A stretch of DNA of 42,766 nucleotides from Candidatus Diapherotrites archaeon CG08_land_8_20_14_0_20_34_12 (lineage in GTDB: Archaea > Iainarchaeota > Iainarchaeia > Iainarchaeales > 0-14-0-20-34-12), in the NCBI GenBank assembly GCA_002779065.1, contig PEXL01000017.1:1-42766 (forward strand), in the 5' to 3' direction. The position numbers and the translations under genes were made by a program. Positions 38,563 through 42,766 of this stretch are shown here, piece by piece. Position 1 is the first letter of the stretch. Each line of letters opens with the position of its first letter. The notes under the pieces are model-generated. The model searched no databases, was not told the DNA's origin, and was given only the letters and a program-made list of their open reading frames with translations.

Positions 38563-39155
38563 AAAATCCTCTCGGCTTCCTTTTGGACCATTAATTCCTT
38601 AATATGTGATTTTAACAAATCAATATCCAAATGTTCTTTAAATACTTTATATAAGTGCCTTGCATCTTCAAAATCCTTCTCGCTACCTAACTTGAGCTTG
38701 AATGCAATCTGCAATTCTATTTCAGAAGTATTCAATTTATTGCTATTTAACAAAACTTCAACTTTATTTATTAAAGAATAATTATTATATTTTGTTTTCG
38801 GGAACTTTATCTCACAGTTTGGGATGAAAGTATTTTTTAATGCAAACCGGATTGCAAGCTTTTCTTTCAGGTAATTTTCATAGGCATCCTTGGCATCTGC
38901 TGCATTTAAGCAGTCAAATTCTTTCACCAAATCATTCCAAAATTCCTGAAATTTGCTAAACGGCATTTCTTCGATGAAAAAATCAACATCTTCTGTTTCC
39001 CTGCTTCTTCCAAATAAAATTGCAATATAACCAGAAATGATCACATAATCAATTTTGTGTTTTTTAAGCATCTTTACAAATTTAAGCACAAAGCGATCAA
39101 GCGGAGAAAGCTCTTTTTTGAATGAAATTTTATTTTTAGAAAAAGCCAATTCCAT
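38547..39155 (-). CDS. Pol-beta superfamily nucleotidyltransferase (AbiEii/MenT-like, putative TA component)
   Basis: YVIISGY...GRSRETEDVD and C-terminal FKL...KDFEDA motifs. Confidence 0.75.
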   Translation of the reverse strand: MELAFSKNKISFKKELSPLDRFVLKFVKMLKKHKIDYVIISGYIAILFGRSRETEDVDFFIEEMPFSKFQEFWNDLVKEFDCLNAADAKDAYENYLKEKLAIRFALKNTFIPNCEIKFPKTKYNNYSLINKVEVLLNSNKLNTSEIELQIAFKLKLGSEKDFEDARHLYKVFKEHLDIDLLKSHIKELMVQKEAERILWKNY

Positions 39156-39194
39156 AAATAGAACTTATTGAAAGCATTTAAATTGGTTTTCAAG

Positions 39195-39212
39195 GAGCAG
39201 ATTTCCGCTGAA
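39195..39212 (-). promoter_or_regulatory. Conserved motif copy 5, upstream of the nucleotidyltransferase
   Basis: GAGCAGATTTCCGCTGAA; TATA-like TTTAAATG at 39175-39182; ATG at 39155. Confidence 0.78.
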
Positions 39213-39281
39213 TTAGCTGCGCTTTGGCGCTAAAACAAAGAAATCAATCTGTTTTTATTATTGTTTGTGATTAATTTGATT

Positions 39282-39638
39282 ATGAATTATAAACAAGTGA
39301 TTGTAATCAGGGCAGACCTAAAAATGGGCAAGGGGAAAATTGCCGCGCAATCAAGCCATGCTTCTTTGGCAGCATATGAAAAAGCCTTGAATAAAGAGCC
39401 TGACTGGGTGGAAGAATGGAAGAGCATTGGGCAGGAAAAGGTTGTTTTAAAGGTTGGAAGTGAAAAGGAATTGCTTGAGATGTTTGAAGCTGTTAAAAAA
39501 AGGTTTCAGGGCATGCCTGCATTAATAACTGATGCTGGGCATACTCAAATTGTGGCAGGAACAAAAACCTGCTTTGCTGTTGGCCCTGTACCTGAGACCG
39601 AAATAGATAAAATAACTGGCAAGCTTAAATTAATATAA
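39282..39638 (+). CDS. pth2: Peptidyl-tRNA hydrolase Pth2
   Basis: KQVIVIRADLKMGKGKIAAQSSHA, KVVLKV, DAGHTQ, GP, ITGKLKL; ATG at 39282. Confidence 0.95.
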   Translation: MNYKQVIVIRADLKMGKGKIAAQSSHASLAAYEKALNKEPDWVEEWKSIGQEKVVLKVGSEKELLEMFEAVKKRFQGMPALITDAGHTQIVAGTKTCFAVGPVPETEIDKITGKLKLI

Positions 39639-39659
39639 TAAAGAGTTAGGGGGGAGAAC

Positions 39660-40142
39660 ATGATGGAAAAGTATGTATTTAGCAGAGTTTTCTTGGTTTT
39701 TTTCTTGCTCCTTGTAATGTTTGGGTTATTGGGCTTAGGCAATAATGTAAAAAGCCCATTAAATAAAAATAATTTTTTCGGATTTGCAACATTATGGCAA
39801 GCACCGGAAGGAACTAATTTGGAAGAAACACCTGTAGAAAATCAGCAGCAGGCATTGCAATCAGAAAAACCTGTTTTAAGTGCATTAAAAGTTGCATTAT
39901 GCTTGAAAGATGCTGGTGCAAAAATATATGGAATATATTGGAGTGAACATACTGCTAAACAAAGAGAAATATTGGGGGAGTATTTCAAATACTTAACCTA
40001 TGTTGAATGCCAAACAGGCAATGAAATACTGCCTGAATGTGAAGGAGTCAAGGTTTCAGAATATCCTTTATGGGTAATAAATGGCAAAAAACTGAAAGGA
40101 GAGCAAACTTTGGAACAATTGGCAACTGCTGCCGGCTGCTAA
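39660..40142 (+). CDS. Membrane-anchored thioredoxin-like protein lacking CxxC
   Basis: ALCL...GAKIYG.YWSEHT..Q, YVEC, YP.W.ING, GEQ.LE.L...AGC resembles VKOR-associated Trx-like domains. Confidence 0.7.
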   Translation: MMEKYVFSRVFLVFFLLLVMFGLLGLGNNVKSPLNKNNFFGFATLWQAPEGTNLEETPVENQQQALQSEKPVLSALKVALCLKDAGAKIYGIYWSEHTAKQREILGEYFKYLTYVECQTGNEILPECEGVKVSEYPLWVINGKKLKGEQTLEQLATAAGC

Positions 40143-40195
40143 ACTGCTTTTGAGAACAGGATTAAATTTATTAAAAGAACTTTCATAAGCATAGT

Positions 40196-40849
40196 ATGCT
40201 TGCAAGGAAAAAAAGAGTGTTTGTTTTTTTTGCTATAATTTATGTCATATTTATTTCTGTTTTTCTGTATTTGCTCTTTTTTAATTCAGGATTAACATTG
40301 GATAGGGAAATAACCCCTAATGGGGAAAAACTTTTTTTAAGCAATGAAGCTTCACACATAATCAATAATATAGATATAATTGATGAAAAAGGAAACAAAA
40401 TAGGCTTTATTGCTGAATTAAAACCAAAAGAAAAGAAGGTTATTGAAGTTCCAAAAGAAATAATAAAAATAACGGCAAATGCGCCATGGCATGTTCCTGT
40501 CAGCATAGCAATAATTAAAATTGAGGCCGGTGTTCCTCTTAATTTAAGTGCAAATTACCCAAAAAAGGTAAAGGTTGGAACAGTATTCAAGATTTATCTT
40601 GAAATTTGCTCGGATGAGATGAAAACCGGGGAGATAGAAACAAGCATAGCTTCAGATTTATTGAAAACTGATGATATGGATACAGATAATGATAAGCTAT
40701 TTGAAAGAACTATTGCTATGAATGGCCAAAAATGCATTAATGAAGACTTTGAATTTGAGGCAATAGGAAAAGGAACTGCACAGATAATATTTAAATTAAA
40801 AGCACTAAATACTATAAAGGAATTAAAGGTAGAGATGGTGATTGAATAA
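40196..40849 (+). CDS. Hypothetical membrane-anchored beta-rich protein
   Basis: N-terminal TM; long ORF coupled to the next gene. Confidence 0.65.
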   Translation: MLARKKRVFVFFAIIYVIFISVFLYLLFFNSGLTLDREITPNGEKLFLSNEASHIINNIDIIDEKGNKIGFIAELKPKEKKVIEVPKEIIKITANAPWHVPVSIAIIKIEAGVPLNLSANYPKKVKVGTVFKIYLEICSDEMKTGEIETSIASDLLKTDDMDTDNDKLFERTIAMNGQKCINEDFEFEAIGKGTAQIIFKLKALNTIKELKVEMVIE

Positions 40850-41511
40850 TGCCTGCTAAAGAAGTTCAAAAAGAATCCAGTATTATCCAAATAATACAGG
40901 ATATGGTAAAAAATGGTGAATCTGAAGAAAAAATAATTGCCACTTTGCAATCTCTTGGGGTAGAACCGGAAAAGGCAAAAAGGCTTCTTTTATTGGGGCA
41001 AGCAGATACCTTTGCACTATTGAGGAATGAGATCAGCAAAATAGTTGCCAATGACTTGGAAAAGGAAAAGCCAAAAACGGTGAAATATCTGCAGGAGCAA
41101 TCGGATATTGTAAGCAAGGAAATGAAAAAAAGGGTAAGTGCGGAAGTAATGGGGGATCTTGAAAAATATGAAAAAAATGTTACAGGGCAAAGCAAGACAT
41201 TTCAACAGCAGATGGGGGATAATATAAAAGCAGTAACTGATTTAACTGACAGGACTAAGAATGCATTAAATGAATTAGGGTTAAGGATTAATACAATTGA
41301 GAAGGATATGGAAGAATTGAAGATTAAGGGTGTAGGGTCAAGAAATAAATTCATTTCATTTGGATTATTATTCCTTGGATTAATCTTCTGCTTCAGCGCA
41401 TTATATCTGTTTTTTACAAATGCCCAGGTAATGAGCATGGAGAACATAATAATTACTGTAGTGATGGCATTAGTAGGAATAACAATTTTGTTTGTTGCTA
41501 CGCTTGTGTAA
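40849..41511 (+). CDS. Hypothetical coiled-coil protein with two C-terminal TM helices
   Basis: Heptad-rich middle region, two hydrophobic segments; SD GGTGA upstream. Confidence 0.7.
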   Translation: MPAKEVQKESSIIQIIQDMVKNGESEEKIIATLQSLGVEPEKAKRLLLLGQADTFALLRNEISKIVANDLEKEKPKTVKYLQEQSDIVSKEMKKRVSAEVMGDLEKYEKNVTGQSKTFQQQMGDNIKAVTDLTDRTKNALNELGLRINTIEKDMEELKIKGVGSRNKFISFGLLFLGLIFCFSALYLFFTNAQVMSMENIIITVVMALVGITILFVATLV

Positions 41512-41536
41512 ACAGGACAAGAAATTTTTTAATATC

Positions 41537-42301
41537 TTAAGGGTTTCTCCTTCTTGGTGCTTTTCTTTCAACTAATTCTAATTGTTTAGCTAGCACTGAA
41601 AGATTAGATATTGTGCCCAAAGCATTATTTACTTCTTTAGGATTTTTCATAAAATAAATAGATTCCTGAAATGCTGCTATTCCAGATAAACATCTTTCAT
41701 AAGGAGACATATGTGCGCTTGCGGTTATTGCAGAAATTCTTCCTGGAAATTCTGTTTCTTTCAGTGATGGAAAATCCTTTTCAAATTCTAAACCAATAAC
41801 TGCTTTTTTAATTCCTGATAAAATACCATTTACTAAAGAATCAGTTCTTCTTCTTTCTTTGTGTGCTTCGCTTTTTACGCCTTTGGCCAGTTTGGGGTAA
41901 TTTCTCTCTGGGTTGCTTCTTCTTGGCAAATCTTTTTCAGGTTTACCTTTAAGTGGCATCCTTCTTCCAAGCGCTTGCCCAGCCGACCTGTTTATTGTTT
42001 CAAGGGCATTTGCTCGCTCTGCTGATGTGCCCATGGAATAAATTGCTTCATTAAATGCGCCGATAAGTGCAGTTTCCCTTTCAGTACGGAAAAAATGCGG
42101 GCTCAGGGTTATTGCTACAATCCTGTCAAAGACAGGAGTATTTTTTATTGAGGGAAATTCTTCTTCAAGGTCTGCTTCAATATGAGCTACCGCAGTAAGC
42201 AATTTCCTCCTTCTAGCTGAACGGTCAGTGCTTCTTCTTAGACTAATGCCTCTTTTTGGATTTCGTGCAACCGGTTTTCTTGCAGAAGTTCTTTGTGGCA
42301 T
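41537..42301 (-). CDS. Hypothetical protein with Arg-rich N-terminus and internal domain duplication
   Basis: ATG start MPQRTSARK at 42301; repeated unit E..FPS.K.T....RI.AIT.S.H....ER....I.AF.E.IY.M. Confidence 0.7.
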   Translation of the reverse strand: MPQRTSARKPVARNPKRGISLRRSTDRSARRRKLLTAVAHIEADLEEEFPSIKNTPVFDRIVAITLSPHFFRTERETALIGAFNEAIYSMGTSAERANALETINRSAGQALGRRMPLKGKPEKDLPRRSNPERNYPKLAKGVKSEAHKERRRTDSLVNGILSGIKKAVIGLEFEKDFPSLKETEFPGRISAITASAHMSPYERCLSGIAAFQESIYFMKNPKEVNNALGTISNLSVLAKQLELVERKAPRRRNP

Positions 42302-42391
42302 ACTAAAAGAATACGCACAAATCAATTAAAGATATTTCGGCTTGTAAATCCTTTTTAAAGGTTCTCGTTTATTATAATGATATTGATTTCT

Positions 42392-42568
42392 ATGATGTTT
42401 CTTGAATTAGAACAGATTATTGTTGAATTGGAAAGAAGGTCCTTAGCTGAAAACAGCGTAAGAAGAAGGGTATTAATTAAGGAAGCAATTGAACGCCTGA
42501 AAAAAGTAAAATCTTTGCTTGATGAAGAAGAAAAAGAAAAGACAATGAACAAAGAATCAAAGCATTAA
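42392..42568 (+). CDS. Small hypothetical helical protein
   Basis: Charged amphipathic ORF; start uncertain (42377/42392/42395). Confidence 0.5.
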   Translation: MMFLELEQIIVELERRSLAENSVRRRVLIKEAIERLKKVKSLLDEEEKEKTMNKESKH

Positions 42569-42612
42569 ATTCGTTTTTTAAATCCTATTCTAAAGAGTTA
42601 TTTGTACAAAAT

Positions 42613-42702
42613 GGGCCCGTAGCTCAGTTGGCAGAGCACCAGACTCTTAGTTCAATAAAAGGAGCTATCTGGGTGTCCTGGGTTCGAATCCCAGCGGGCT
42701 CG
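42613..42702 (+). tRNA. tRNA-Lys(CUU) with a 17-nt intron (42650-42666) at 37/38
   Basis: GGGCCCG/CGGGCTC acceptor stem, CCAGA/TCTGG anticodon stem with CT-CTT-A, CTGGG-TTCGAAT-CCCAG T-arm; CTCT/GGAG BHB central helix; no encoded CCA. Confidence 0.93.
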
Positions 42703-42711
42703 TTACCGAAC

Positions 42712-42764
42712 CTCTCTTTTCTTTACGAAAGAAAAGAGAGTTGAGGTGTGTCAGAGAAAAGAAA
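42712..42764. repeat. Hairpin + mirror repeat element E, just downstream of tRNA-Lys
   Basis: 13-bp stem 42712-42724/42728-42740; 42753-42764 is an exact mirror of 42728-42739. Confidence 0.8.
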
Positions 42765-42766
42765 CC

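Noticed and set aside
427..39212. Repeated 18-bp motif as CRISPR repeats or a replication origin
   Set aside because: Copies are kilobases apart with no regular spacers and no cas genes; they are not clustered around an AT-rich unwinding element or a cdc6 gene, lack a G-string, and track gene starts instead.
1..42766. Genome-wide TAG recoding
   Set aside because: pelota, cca, herA and the MgtC gene end at TAG at plausible family C-termini, and the conserved genes contain no in-frame TAG.

Overview
Low-GC archaeal chromosomal window. Gene content (RpoK, EF-1beta, archaeal CCA enzyme, Rpp30, Taw3, pelota, BHB-intron tRNAs, class III signal peptide pilins) and compact gene spacing suggest a DPANN archaeon, possibly Diapherotrites/Iainarchaeota; the taxon is inference. 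It holds about 45 CDSs (MTA/sugar salvage, RNA processing, translation, pilin-like cluster, Rad50, intein-bearing HerA, NurA, degenerate PolB2-like protein, nucleotidyltransferase TA-like pair) and two intron-containing tRNAs. Three features stand out. (1) An 18-bp ORB-like motif (TTCASCGGAAATCYRCTC on the transcribed strand) sits 10-12 nt upstream of a TATA box and 40-43 nt upstream of the start of herA, nurA, the polB2-like gene, the nucleotidyltransferase and a non-coding RNA, which suggests a DNA-damage regulon. (2) That non-coding unit looks like an orphan IS200/IS605 TnpB omegaRNA or mini-element with no tnpB ORF. (3) Five elements combine a perfect hairpin with an exact mirror repeat whose tracts co-vary between copies (intramolecular triplex signature); two of them make up most of a 170-nt tRNA-Arg intron. 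All calls were made by eye from the sequence and ORF track; no database searches were run.
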